From Carpediemonas membranifera BICM (Eukaryota; Protista; Fornicata), in the NCBI GenBank assembly GCA_019828565.1, contig JAHDYR010000005.1, positions 1,741,408-1,805,407 on the forward strand: a stretch of 64,000 bases of DNA, given 5' to 3'. Under the pieces are notes generated by a model. It had not been told where the DNA came from and ran no database searches. It saw nothing but the letters and a program-made list of their open reading frames with translations. Positions 1 to 10,135 of the stretch are shown here, piece by piece; position 1 is the first letter of the stretch, and the number at the start of each line of letters is the position of its first letter. The translations under genes and the position numbers were made by a program.

Positions 1-1253
1 AATGGCTCTCGATTATGGATGATTACGGGCTCCCGCATGCCAATCTCATCACTCGTCTGGAAATGCGCATTTTTGGGCACGGAACACCAGCTGCACCAGC
101 TGCTTCCGGACCGGTCTGTGCACCTAGACGAGGGCCCTGTTTACCGTTGAAGGCGCCGAAGAGTGGCCTAGGACCAAGGACGAACTCTATGAGATGGAGG
201 CCAAAAAGCCTCAGAAACAACTCACAAAGTACCATAGAGACGCCTGGACAGTCCAGCACCGCCCATCAACGCCGTCTGACTTCAACTTGGACCGCAATGC
301 GGCCACTCAGGCCCTGAACGACTCCTCCCAGCGCGCTGCCCCGGCGGCTGGAATTCTCCGGCAAGAGGCCGCACTCACCCCAATTGAGCTAGAATCGAAG
401 CCTGTTGGCTCAATATTTGTCCCAATTGCCAGGGCACACCTGGATGTCGCCCCGTTCGAAGAGTGGCCCGAGACTTGCCCCCTGTGTCAGGCCCAGCGCT
501 GCACCTGGCAGCATGCCCTCTCGTGCCCACACACCAAGGGAACCGCCCACACCGAGCGTCACAACCATGTTAGAGACGCTGTGAGCGCCGTGTTGACCGA
601 CGACGACGTTAGAGGTCGACCCATGGCCCGTTGCCAGGCCGAGGTCGCGCTCACCTCTCGTCACCCCCGCTACCAGCAGGCCGATACCGAAGCGCCCAGA
701 CGCAAGGGTGGCCGACCTCATGGTGGCAGGCGAGAGAGACGTGGTCGGGAACCGTGTCCACGAGGAAGTCTATGTCGACTTCGTGGTCAGCCTGCACCCG
801 CGGGAGGCTGAGCTAGAGAAGCTCCGCGAGTACCGCAACTGGCAGGTCACCTTCGTGCCTGCTGCCTGCACGGTTCTGGGCGAGACTGAGTCCCGTCTGA
901 CCGAGTGCTGGGTCGCCCGCCTCTGTGCCGCGATTCGCAGGCCGGCCCTCGTGGGCGCCATCCGTGACCGGGTATTCTGGTCCATCTGGGCGGACAACCA
1001 GACCGTCTGGTCGGACTATGTCTCCCAGTGCAAGGCCCGTTGGGCCGAGCACCACCAATAATCTGCCCTCCCCACAAAATGCCGGAGTCGCGACTCGGCT
1101 GACTCGGCCACTCTAGGCTGCGTCGTCCCCGAGCCCCCCTGCGCCTCCCGCCCCATCGCCGCATCGCACAACAAGCTCCCTGCCCCTGCGCGAGAGTAGT
1201 TGCTCGAAATTCCGCGGAGTCGCGTGTCGTTCGGACAACCTGGGAAAGTAAAT
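1..1253 (+). mobile_element. Unit U0, 3' part only (body type Z, same as U2); CDS ends at 1061
   Basis: Near-identical to 8880-10129; encodes the CCHC knuckle and RLE, ending WAEHHQ*; several single-base indels. Confidence 0.9.
1084..1253 (+). repeat. About 170-bp 3' block shared by all units regardless of body type
   Basis: Starts at the palindrome GAGTCGCGACTC (1085-1096) and ends GGGAAAGTAAAT; recurs almost unchanged before each junction and before the intact tRNA-Glu. Confidence 0.9.
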
Positions 1254-1266
1254 TCGGCCATGGTAT
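1254..1266 (+). repeat. Duplicated tRNA-Glu nt 1-13 (TCGGCCATGGTAT), minimal target-site duplication; also at 5895, 10130, 14522, 19261, 23854, 28498 and 33053
   Basis: Exact match to 37792-37804; the junction copies continue CCAGAGG (element 5' end) whereas the tRNA continues AGCTGG. Confidence 0.92.
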
Positions 1267-4200
1267 CCAGAGGAAAGTTGCTCGATTCGCCGCCGCAAGG
1301 CGACGAATCCTGCCATACATCCGATGAAGGACCTGGTACGTCTATTGACAAGCGATTAGCGCTGTTCGCTGCTCTTCTGCGGTGGATTAACGATTTCCAT
1401 CCATCCAGCTCGAAGAACTCTTGGCCGAAGGATACTGAGGCCTTTATTGAGATCTGCATGAACAAAGAACGTCTATTGAGCCTTATTTCGGATTACAAGC
1501 GTTTCTTCACGGTGAGCAACTTGGTTTGGATAACCAACTACGTTCACGCGGCGACAAATCGCTTCGGCCCCGGCCACAAGGTGAAAGCTTCCCGCCGCGA
1601 CGATCACGTCGCAAATGCTGTCGCCATTCTGCACGCTGCAGCCACTGATCAGGCGTTCACATCAACGCTCACCATCGAACGTGCGAACGAGGCTCTTGAG
1701 CGTATGATCGAGCACGCCATCGACCCAGTGAAAGCGAGAAGGATGAACCTCCTTCAGACTGTCCGAGGCCCTCAGAGGACGACGTCTGTAACCGCCTTGG
1801 TGAAGCGGGTCCAGCATGCGCCCCGCCCAGCCAGCCCACCGAATGCGGGCATCGCCCGCGAGTATGCGAGGGCCGATGCCTTCGCCCGACGCCAGGGTGA
1901 CCGGCCCCCGAGCCCCACCCCCTGCCGATACTGCCCTCACCGACTCCGCTGCCGCCCTAACTGGGCCGCAGCCTGCAGCCACACAGCAGGGAGACCGGCC
2001 CCCGAGCCCCACCCCTGCCGATACTGCCCTCACCGACTCCGCTGTCGCCCCTAACTGGGCCGCAGCCTGCAGCCACACAGCAGGGAGACCGGCCCCCGAG
2101 CCCCACCCCTGCCGATACTGCCCTCACCGACTCCGCTGCCGCCCTAACTGGGCCGCAGCCCGCAGCCGCCCCGCAGGGTGACAGGCCCCCGAGCCCCACC
2201 CCTGCCGATGCTGCCCCCACCGACTCCGCTGCCGCCCTAACTGGGCCGCAGCCCGCTGCCGCCCCGCAGGGTGACAGGCCCCCGAGCCCCACCCCTGCCG
2301 ATGCTGCCCCCACCGACTCCGCTGCCGCCCTAACTGGGCCGCAGCCCGCTGCCGCCCCGCAGGGTGACAGGCCCACGCGCCAGACCCCCGCCCAGGTTGC
2401 CCCCCACCCAGCCAGAGGAGAGGAACATCGACGACACCGCAGTGTCCGAGTTCCTCTCCCTGGCGGGCGTCGAAGGCGGGGAAGGGGAGAGAGCTGAGCC
2501 AGAGACCGGGCACGAAGCCCGTGGTGACTCAGCCAACCCTCCCCTTCGCCCGCCGCCGCAGGCAAGCCAAGGCCCTGAACCACGTACATTTGTGTACACA
2601 GGACCTCCTGGCGCTCTCAACCAGATCACGGAGGCGCACCCTGGGCCAGCATCATCCACGCCTACCCAGGGGTGGCTGAGCCTGCCAAGCTGGATCGACT
2701 CCGGCATAGGTTCACCGCAAACATCCCGACCCACCTGGTCGAGTCTCATTGGGGCTCGGCCGAGCAGGTAAGGTCCACACTCACGACAGCAGTCCGGGTC
2801 GGAGAAGTGTCCGGCGGGCAGAATGGCGTCCACAGGATGTCACGCGAACGCTGGACACAGCTTCTCGAGGGCCTCTTCGCGGACGAGCCGGACAGGCGGC
2901 CACCCTACAGCTTCCCCAAAGGGTTCAGGCAGTTCACGCCGAGGTTTGTGTTCTTCATGAGAGAGGCATGCGGTCTTCCGCCGGACCCTAGTGCTGAGGC
3001 CCCGCCCCATGCCGGGCCCAGCCAGCCCCCACGGAGACCGAGAGCAGCGCTCCTGCCCCTGCCGCCGGCCGACCCTCTCGCGGGCGACCTGCCGATCGAG
3101 CTGTCATATCTGCCTCACCCCGCGGAAGCCGGACGCATCGGCCGGGCGAAGCCCTCACGGAAGGCTGCCGCGGGATTCGTGAACGGGCTGATCCGGCTGC
3201 TCGTGACCCTGGCGAACGCGCCGCAGAACCGGAAGCGGGAGGCGCTAGCCGCCGTCCTTCGGCACGCGCGGACAGTATATCGCCCTGGGAAGAAGGGGAT
3301 CTCCCTCCGCACCCGCTCCCCAGAGCGAGCTGCATACTCGAAGGCCGCCGCCGGGTATTACTCCAGCGCCATGAAGGTCCTGCTCTCTGAGGAGATGACA
3401 CTCACGCCGGGTCAGATCGACCAGAAGCTGGAGGAGATGCAGGCCGCCCCGCTGAGAGATCCCCAGACGCCGGCTCTCACACGCCGCGCCGACGCGCTCA
3501 CGTCCTTTGAGGTCACCTTCGAGGCCGTAGACGAGGCGCTGGGGAAGATGAGAGCGGACTCGGCCCCCGGCCCATCCGGGCTGAGCTTCTTGCATCTGAA
3601 ACTCGCTCATCGACTCCGGAAGGGCCAGTTGGTGCAGGCACTCCTGCCCCTTGTGCGCGACATCATTGCCGGCGAGGAGTACACGGGTATCCTCGCTCAC
3701 GCACGGCTCATCGCACTGCCGAAGGGCGAAGATCGGGTCAGACCCATCGCCATGGGCGAGGCGCTCCGGCGCCTGGCCGCGAAGGTCCTCGCCTCGGCCG
3801 TCTCGTCGCGTCTCCGTAATGACGGCGTCTGCCCTGAGCAGTACGGGCTCGGCGAGAGCTGCGGCCTGGACGTTATGACCGCGAAAATTGCGGAAGCGTA
3901 CGACGAAGGGCTCAAGGTCTGTGCTGTTGACATGACTAACGCCTACGGAACCGTGTCCCGCGCCCACCTCCGTGTGGTGCTCGAGGCGCACGCCCCAGCC
4001 GCCCTCCCCTATTTCTCCACCATGTATGGCGAGGGCAAGCTGCTGACCCCGACCGGGCACGTCATAGCCAGCCGAGAGGGCATCCACCAGGGGGACCCCC
4101 TGTCCCCAGCCCTCTTCACGCTGGCTATGACGCCCTCCTCGGCAGCCTCCGGTCGCAACTTCCCAGTACGACCATCCTCGGCTACCAGGACGACGTGTAC

Positions 4201-5702
4201 GGGCTGCTGCCCCGGCAGGCAGACCAGCGGACGATCGATACATTCTACGCGCGTGTGGAGGCGGCGTGTGGAGCCGTCGGTATGCGGGTGAACCGACTGA
4301 AGTGCCTCGTCCTGGCGAAGACGGGGACACTGGGCCAAAAAAAGCGGACGGGTGCTCGGTATCCCCGTAGGCGACGACGCGGGCGTTGCCAACGCTGTGG
4401 ACGCGGCCTTCTCGCGCATGGAGGACGCGCTCGTGCGGGTGGCCGAGATGACCGAGGCAGTGGGGCCGAAAGCGGCCTCGGTGGCGGTCAATCTGATCAG
4501 GTCTTGCGTTCTTCCGATGCCTTCGGCAATCTTTCGCAACGTGAGCCCAATTGGCCACGAATGCCGCACAAAAAGCCTGGAGCGGAAGCTGAGAGCTGCC
4601 ATCGCACGCATCCTTCAGGTATCCGACGTCACAAAGATACCCGAAGAGCGTCTAGCGCTCGATTTCGCCGACTACGGGCTCCGTATCCCTCTTCCGTCGC
4701 TCATCTGGAAGTGTGCATTTTTGGGCGCAGCCCACCAGCTGCACGCCCTAGGCATCACCCGGGACATGGAGGCGGCGCTGTTCTCTCCAGAAGAGTGCCA
4801 GGAGTGGCCCAAAACCATCCAGGAACTGTTTAGCATCGAGGCTGAAAAGCCGCAGAAGACACTCACTACGATGCTTGCAAAAGCCTGGACGGCCAAGTAC
4901 CGCCCCAAGACACCCGCCGACTTCGGCCTAGACCCCGAGGAGGTCTCCCAGGGCCTCTCTGACTGCAGCTCCCTCGAGGCCCCCGCCGCCGGACTCCTCC
5001 GCAAAGAAGCCGCGCTGAGCCCCCTCGACCTCGAGCAGACCTCCTGCGACAGCGTGTTCGTCCCCGTCACCCGGGCGCACCTCAACATCGCCCCATTCCG
5101 CGAGATGCCGGTCACCTGCCCCCTCTGTGGCCAGCAGGACATCACGTGGCGCCACGCCCTCGGCTGCTCCTACCTGAAGGATGGCGCGACCAACGCACGC
5201 CACGACAGCATCAAGATGGCTGTGCACGATCTCGTGACCCAGGACGACCTCCGCGGGCGCCCCATCCCCCACTGCAAGCCCGAGTTCGATCTGCTCGACA
5301 CCCACCCTAGGTTCCGCGTCACGAGCGCCGACGCCCCCACACACAAGCGGGCCGACCTCAAGGTCTGGGGCGAGCGCGACGTGGTCGGAAACGCGGTACA
5401 CGATGATGTATACGTGGACTTCTACTGCGGTCTTCACCCCCGCGACGCCGAGACCGAGAAGACCCGGGAGTACGCCAACTGGGACGTCACCTTCCTGGTC
5501 GCCGCCACCACCGTCGGCGGCGCCACGGGAGTCCCGCCTGACCGCGGACTGGGCGGTGCAGTTTTGCGACGCCATTGCACGGCCGCACCTGGCGGGAACC
5601 ATGCGCGACACGGCCTTCCTGAAGGCCTGGGAGGGCAACCTCAGCATCTGGAGTGACTATGTCAGCCAGTGCAAGGCCCGCTGGGCCGAGCTCAACCTAT
5701 AA
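1260..5702 (+). CDS. Retrotransposon RT-CCHC-RLE polyprotein (U1), interrupted by single-base indels
   Basis: Track ORFs 1200-2054, 2364-2771, 2672-4291, 4352-5656 and the 3' end of 5403-5702 reconstruct one frame by comparison with U5 and U7. Confidence 0.8.
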
Positions 5703-5894
5703 CCAGGTCCCTGCACAGAAATCTGGAGTCGCGACTCGGCTGACTTGGCCACTCTAGGCTGCGTCGTCCCCGAGCCCCCCTGCGCCTCCCGCCCCATCGC
5801 CGCATCGCATAACGCATCCCCTGCCCCTGCGCGAGAGTAGTTGCTCGAAATTCCGCGGAGTCGCGTGTCGTTCGGACAACCTGGGAAAGTAAAT
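1267..5894 (+). mobile_element. Unit U1: N-module alpha + about 5 linker repeats + body X
   Basis: N-terminus TSIDKRLALFAALLRW; body HRFTANIPTH...WAELNL*. Confidence 0.92.
1892..2358 (+). repeat. 93-bp tandem repeat (31 aa, QGDRPPSPTPADAAPTDSAAALTGPQPAAAP), about 5 copies in U1; 1-6 copies in other units
   Basis: Repeat starts near 1892, 1987, 2081, 2174 and 2267; approximate copy numbers U2 1, U3 2, U4 6, U5 4, U6 5, U7 4, U8 6. Confidence 0.9.
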
Positions 5895-5900
5895 TCGGCC

Positions 5901-8900
5901 ATGGTATCCAGAGGAAAGTTGCTCGATTCGCCGCCGCAAGGCGACGAATCCTGCCATACATCCGATGACGGACCAGGTGACACGAATTACCTGAAACTAG
6001 CGCTGTTCGCTGCGCTCCTGCGCGTAATGGACGAAATTCGTCAGCACTACCCGAAAGGCTCGTGGCCGAAGAACGCTGAGGCCTTCATCGAGGTTTGTAT
6101 GAACAAAGATCGTTTATTGCGCCTTGTGACGGACAACAAACGCTTCTTCACGATCAACAACCTTTCTTTGATCACGGACTACGTTCATGCGGCCACAAAC
6201 CGCTTCGGGCCAGGCCATAAGCCGAAGGCATCCCGCCGTGATGACCACATCGCCAATGCCACTTCACTTCTCCACGCCGCAGCCACCAACCAGGTGTTCA
6301 CTGCTACGATCTCGATTGATCGTGCCAACGAGGCCCTCGAGCGCGTGATACGGGGCAGAAGGACCGATGAGCAGCTCATGAGGGAGCACCCTCGTCCGCT
6401 CCGCCCGTCCGAGATCGCCGCTCGCCGCGCCAAGACCGGGCGTCAGTCATACGCCCAACTGATCAGCCGTGTCGAGGAGGCCCGCCCGGCAAGCCCTGCG
6501 CGAGACCGCACTGCCTTCCTCGAGGCAGAAGCATACGCGTGTCGCGTAGCTGCTGGCCGCGCAGACCGTCAACAGCAGGGTGATAGGCCCCCGAGCCCCA
6601 CCCCTGCCGATGCTGCCCCCACCGACTCCGCTGTCGCCCTAACTGGGCCGCAGTCCGCAGCCGCCCCGCAGGGAGACCGGCCCACGCGCCAGACCCCCGC
6701 CCAGGTTGCCCCCACCCAGCCAGAGGAGAGGAACATCGACGACACCGCAGTGTCCGAGTTCCTCTCCCTGGCGGGCGTCGAAGGCGGGGAAGGGGAGAGA
6801 GCTGAGCCAGAGACCGAGCACGAAGCCCGTGGTGACTCAGCCAACTCCCCCCTTCGCCCGCCGCCGCAGGTTGACCCCGCCCACCGGCTCACAGGGTGGC
6901 TCGACCGCACGACCATCGACGCTGTTCGCCGCAGCTTTGACGCACATGTACCGCGGGAAGACAGAGACATGTGGTCGACCAACGACCAGGTCGTCGCGAC
7001 GCTGACGTCTGTCGACGCCGTCCGCTGGCTCTCCCGGGGGCAAAATGGCCAGAACCGCATGTCCAGAGCACGCTGGACGGCTCTCCTCGAGCAGGTCTTT
7101 GCGGCTCACCCGAGGAACCGGCCTTCGTATGCGTTCCCGCAAGGCCTGAAGTCGTTCGCACCCAGGTTCGTGGCGTTCATGAGGGAAGGGTTGGGTATGC
7201 CAGTCGACCCCGCTCTCCCAGCTGTCCCGCAGCCAAGGACGGCCCAGCCAGCCAGAAGAAGGCTCACTGCTCCCCGCCCGCAGCCGGAGACCATCCTTCC
7301 AGAGCTCCCAGAGGACCTCAAGTTCCTCCCCTCCCCGACGGAGGCCGGCAGGATTGGGAAGTCGAAGCCTTCAAGGAAGGGTGCGGTCTCATTCGTGAAG
7401 GGTCTCATCAACCTGTTGGAGGCCCTGAACGAGGTGCCTGCCCAGCAGAAACGGCGTGGCCTTATTGCCATCATGACCCATGGTCAGACGGTGTACAAGC
7501 CCGCCAAGAAGCAGGTGACACTGCGGACCCGGACCAAGGAGCGCTCGGCCTTCACCAAGGCCTCGGCCGGCTACTACTCCAGTGGCCTGAAGATCCTCCT
7601 GTCTGAGGACATGGACCTCAGCCCGACCGAGGTTGACGAGAAGCTGGTGGAGCTGCAGGCCGAGCCAATGGCAGACCCACGTCTCTTCCACCCACAGCAA
7701 CGGGCGGGTGCGCTGGAGTCATATGAGGTCACCCCGGAGTCTGTGACATGGGCCCTGGACAGGCTCAAAGCAGACTCGGCACCGGGACCCTCGGGCCTGA
7801 GTTTCCTTCACTTGAAGCTGGCCTACCGCCTACGCAAACACAAGTTTGTTGCTGCTGTCACGCCTCTGATCAACGACATCATCAACGGGGAGCCCTACAC
7901 TGAGATCCTGTCGCACTCGAGGCTCGTTGCCCTGCCTAAGGGAGACTCCAAGGTCCGGCCCATTGCAATGGGCGAGAGCCTGAGACGCCTCGCAGGCAAG
8001 GTCCTAGCCCACGATGTCGGGCTGAGGATTATTGGCGATGGTGTGTGCGAGGGGCAGTTCGGACTGGGCGAGAGCTGCGGCCTGGACTGCATGGGTGACA
8101 TTCTGAAGGCAGCGTACGCCGGCGGTGCGCAGCTGTGCGCCGTTGACATGTCCAATGCGTACGGAACCGTCAGTCGGCAGCATCTGTCTGAGGTCGCACA
8201 GGCGTGGGCCCCGGTCTTGCTACCGTACCTGCACACGATGTATGCCGGGGGCAAGATGATCACACCAACAGGCCTTGTCATCCCGTCCCGGGAGGGCATC
8301 CAGCAAGGGGACCCCATATCTCCGCTGCTGTTCACCCTGGCGATGAAGCCGGTCCTGGACCAGATCAGAGGTGAGTTCCAGGAGTGCAGGATGGTCTCCC
8401 TATCAGGACGATGCTTACTTGATCGCGCCAGCGTCCATGCCGGCCTCACGAGTTGATCGGTTCTACGACCGGATGGCTGAGGTTTGTGGCCGCATCGGCA
8501 TGCGCGTGAACACGGCTAAGTGTATGGTGATCAGCGCTGCTGGCTCCCCGGGTGCCATTCAGCGGGTAGTCAACGGTAGAGCCGTTGGAATCCCTGTTGG
8601 TGACGCTCATGGTGAGGCAAGAGCTGTCGATGATGTCTTCTCGGAGATGGAGATGGCGACTGCTCGCGTCGTGGAAATGGTGGAGACTGTAGGGCCTTCT
8701 GCGGCCAGCGTTGCGCTGAATATGATTCGTTCATGCATTCTTGCGATGCCATCCGCAATCTACAGAGCTGTGTCGCCGATTAGGCACGAAAGCAGGACAT
8801 CCCGCTTCGAGCAGATGCTTAGCCGCAGCGTAGAGCACATTCTGCAACTAAGAGATGGTCTGGAAGACAAAACTCGTAGAATGGCTCTCGATTATGGAGA

Positions 8901-9937
8901 TTACGGGCTCCGCATGCCAATCCCATCACTCGTCTGGAAATGCGCATTTTTGGGCACGGAACACCAGCTGCACCAGCTGCTTCCGGACCGGTCTGTGCAC
9001 CTAGACGAGGCCCTGTTTACCGTTGAAGGCGCCGAAGAGTGGCCTAGGACCAAGGACGAACTCTATGAGATGGAGGCCAAAAAGCCTCAGAAACAACTCA
9101 CAAAGTACCATAGAGACGCCTGGACAGTCCAGCACCGCCCATCAACGCCGTCTGACTTCAACTTGGACCGCAATGCGGCCACTCAGGCCCTGAACGACTC
9201 CTCCCAGCGCGCTGCCCCGGCGGCTGGAATTCTCCGGCAAGAGGCCGCACTCACCCCAATTGAGCTAGAATCGAAGCCTGTTGGCTCAATATTTGTCCCA
9301 ATTGCCAGGGCACACCTGGATGTCGCCCCGTTCGAAGAGTGGCCCGAGACTTGCCCCCTGTGTCAGGCCCAGCGCTGCACCTGGCAGCATGCCCTCTCGT
9401 GCCCACACACCAAGGGAACCGCCCACACCGAGCGTCACAACCATGTTAGAGACGCTGTGAGCGCCGTGTTGACCGACGACGACGTTAGAGGTCGACCCAT
9501 GGCCCGTTGCCAGGCCGAGGTCGCGCTCACCTCTCGTCACCCCCGCTACCAGCAGGCCGATACCGAAGCGCCCAGACGCAAGGTGGCCGACCCTCATGGT
9601 GGCAGGCGAGAGAGACGTGGTCGGGAACCGTGTCCACGAGGAAGTCTATGTCGACTTCGTGGTCAGCCTGCACCCGCGGGAGGCTGAGCTAGAGAAGCTC
9701 CGCGAGTACCGCAACTGGCAGGTCACCTTCGTGCCTGCTGCCTGCACGGTTCTGGGCGAGACTGAGTCCCGTCTGACCGAGTGCTGGGTCGCCCGCCTCT
9801 GTGCCGCGATTCGCAGGCCGGCCCTCGTGGGCGCCATCCGTGACCGGGTATTCTGGTCCATCTGGGCGGACAACCAGACCGTCTGGTCGGACTATGTCTC
9901 CCAGTGCAAGGCCCGTTGGGCCGAGCACCACCAATAA
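5901..9937 (+). CDS. Retrotransposon polyprotein (U2), about 1340 aa after correcting two +1 indels (near 8400 and 9591)
   Basis: Frame is open from ATG 5901 through the N-module, linker and RT up to just before YQDD (track ORF 5841-8456), which shows the single-ORF architecture. Confidence 0.85.
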
Positions 9938-10129
9938 TCTGCCCTCCCCACAAAATGCCGGAGTCGCGACTCGGCTGACTCGGCCACTCTAGGCTGCGTC
10001 GTCCCCGAGCCCCCCTGCGCCTCCCGCCCCATCGCCGCATCGCACAACGCATCCCCTGCCCCTGCGCGAGAGTAGTTGCTCGAAATTCCGCGGAGTCGCG
10101 TGTCGTTCGGACAACCTGGGAAAGTAAAT
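5908..10129 (+). mobile_element. Unit U2: N-module beta + 1 linker repeat + body Z
   Basis: N-terminus DTNYLKLALFAALLRV; body VDPAHRLTGWLDR...WAEHHQ*. Confidence 0.92.
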
Positions 10130-10135
10130 TCGGCC

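Noticed and set aside
1200-1259. Track start at TTG (MLEIPRSR...)
   Set aside because: It lies in the upstream unit's 3' block and depends on a bacterial-style alternative start; the ATG at 1260 is the first in-frame AUG.
1084-1337. Shared junction sequence as an LTR
   Set aside because: The RT is non-LTR type with an RLE and there is no integrase or protease. At the array's right end the repeat is split at the tRNA, so it is 3' end + target + 5' end.
1267-1337. Hammerhead or HDV ribozyme, or internal Pol III A/B boxes
   Set aside because: CCGATGA and GAAA are present, but the hammerhead core needs CTGATGA and I could not build the stems. A/B box matches are imperfect. Kept only as an undefined structure.
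1892-2358. 93-bp repeats as a CRISPR-like or non-coding array
   Set aside because: No unique spacers, the unit length is a multiple of 3 inside the ORF, and there are no cas genes; it is a coding Pro/Ala linker.
3245-4558. Long antisense ORFs within the units (also 18331-19065, 21206-22519 and others)
   Set aside because: Shadow ORFs of GC-rich coding sequence; not conserved between bodies X, Y and Z and without motifs.
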